Assembly (NCBI RefSeq): GCF_964355755.1
Contig: NC_092673.1
Location: 27,649,648 to 27,713,647, forward strand
Reading direction: 5' to 3'
From: Antedon mediterranea
Lineage: Eukaryota; Animalia; Echinodermata
DNA: 64,000 nt
Numbering within the stretch: position 1 is the first letter of the stretch; each line of letters opens with the position of its first letter. The notes under the pieces were generated by a model. The model saw only the letters and a list, made by a program, of their open reading frames with translations. It searched no databases and was not told the DNA's origin. This document shows positions 62,263-64,000 of this stretch, piece after piece. Both the position numbers and the translations under genes were made by a program.

Positions 62263-63702
62263 TTTCACCAACACTATTATATTATATATTGGTACTTTCA
62301 GATTATTATTTTTATTGATGCGCGCCAAGTAGTTTAGACGGAAAAATTGTGATTTTTTTTTCAATTTGGTGAGTTTATATAGTAAAATTGTTTACTGTTA
62401 CATGGCAATGCACAATGGCCAATTCCGTTACCGCTCGTCTCTGTGTAGATTGGCCTTTGTTAATACTGCCATTGTTTTGTAGGCTGGTGGTTCTTATCGC
62501 TGAAAGTTTTGGCGCCAAAAACCGCCGACTAATTCTGAACACCTGTTCCGAGGCGGATTCCCGCTCATATTATATTGATTAATTCCAACAAGATTTAATT
62601 ACAGTATAGGTCTAGGCTTTACCTATTTCAGATAATAAGATTTTGGTAAGAACATTTTAAATCAAACATTATTCGAAGTGAGTAGGCTTTTAGGCACGTC
62701 TATTTAGGCTAATTCCCCGTATACAACAATAGCACGGTATCAGGCGGTCTCTTGGCTAACGAGGATAGCGCGCCTACATGACGATTGACGGCCCGAGCAC
62801 TGCCGGCCGGATCGTAAATAAAATGGGGCCATTCAGGTGTTATAGTTTGATAAAAATATTCATTGCTTCGATGGTGAAAAATTGTATGCAGGGGGACGGG
62901 AGTGGTAACATTTATTAAGGGCGCGGGACCCTCCCCGCGTTTTAATGTCATTATTTGAACTCTTCCGTCAATCGAAAGGCGGACATTTCACCAACACTAT
63001 TATATTATATTGGTACTTTCAGATTATTATTTTTATTGATGCGCGCCAAGTAGTTTAGACGGAAAAATTGTGATTTTTTTTTCAATTTGGTGAGTTTATA
63101 ATAGTAAAATTGTTTACGGTTACATGGCAATGCACAATGGCCAATTCCGTTACCGCTCGTCTCTGTGTAGATTGGCCTTTGTTAATACTGCCATTGTATT
63201 GTAGGCTGGTGGTTCTTATCGCTGAAAGTTTTGGCGCCAAAAACCGCCGACTAATTCTGAACACCTGTTCCGAGGCGGATTCCCGCTCATATTATATTGA
63301 TTAATTCCACCAAGATTTAATTTATAGGTCTAGGCTTTACCTATTTCAGATAATAAGATTTTGGTAAGTACATTTTAAATCAAACATTATTCGAAGTGAG
63401 TAGGCTTGGGCACGTCTATTTAGGCTAATTCCCCGTATACAACAATAGCACGGTATCAGGCGGTCTCTTGGCTAACGAGGATAGCGCGCCTACATGACGA
63501 TTGACGGCCCGAGCACTGCCGGCCGGATCGTAAATAAAATGGGGCCATTCAGGTGTTTTAGTTTGATAAAAATATTCATTGCTTCGATGGTGAAAAATTG
63601 TATGCAGGGGGACGGGAGTGGTAACATTTATTAGGGGCGCGGGACCCTCCCCGCGTTTTAATGTCATTATTTGAACTCTTCCGTCAATCGAAAGGCGGAC
63701 AT
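62263..63702. repeat. ~720-bp near-identical tandem duplication
   Basis: Units ~62263-62986 and ~62987-63702 differ by only a few SNPs and indels, and give duplicated spurious ORFs (62388/63110 and 62709/63425). Confidence 0.92.
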
Positions 63703-64000
63703 CAATAGCCTATTGACCGCGCCTACATTTATTATTACATTTTGTTCCTAAATAAAATCGCGGATACGTACGTTACGTACCTATTTCGCTTGATTCCTAT
63801 CGCCCTTTGGTACAGCTTACTAAAGAGTGTAGGCCACACTACCTGCCGTTCGTAGTCCCATTCCATTTATGAATTGATTTATGATTTGGTGATTTTCCCT
63901 ACTCGATCCTCACACAGTTATTTGTCGTATTCGAGTGTACCGTTGAGTAGTTTTTCCGTTGAGTACTTCTTTAACGGAGTATTTTGAGCGTTGAGTTGAG

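Noticed and set aside
62388-63667. Duplicated 64-aa and 80-aa ORFs
   Set aside because: By-products of the tandem duplication, with no recognisable domain or splice context.

Overview
AT-rich, intron-containing animal genomic DNA. The gene set and repeat families suggest an invertebrate deuterostome, probably an echinoderm (inference). There are five spliced protein-coding genes: the 3' part of a divergent laminin gamma-like chain (+), two tandem paralogous class I/II PLP-dependent aminotransferases (+), PRDM12 (-), and a divergently transcribed FUBP/KHSRP/Psi-family KH protein (+). Three introns of the FUBP gene each hold an identical box H/ACA snoRNA resembling SNORA62/E2, with pockets complementary to a conserved 28S rRNA segment. 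Introns and intergenic DNA are dense with non-autonomous DNA transposons, several nested. These include a Helentron-like element carrying two degenerate tRNA-Val genes and an ~850-bp foldback. The last ~6 kb has no convincing gene and ends in a ~720-bp tandem duplication. Exon coordinates were read by eye from GT/AG sites and reading-frame continuity. Comparisons with human or yeast sequences are from memory and need database confirmation.
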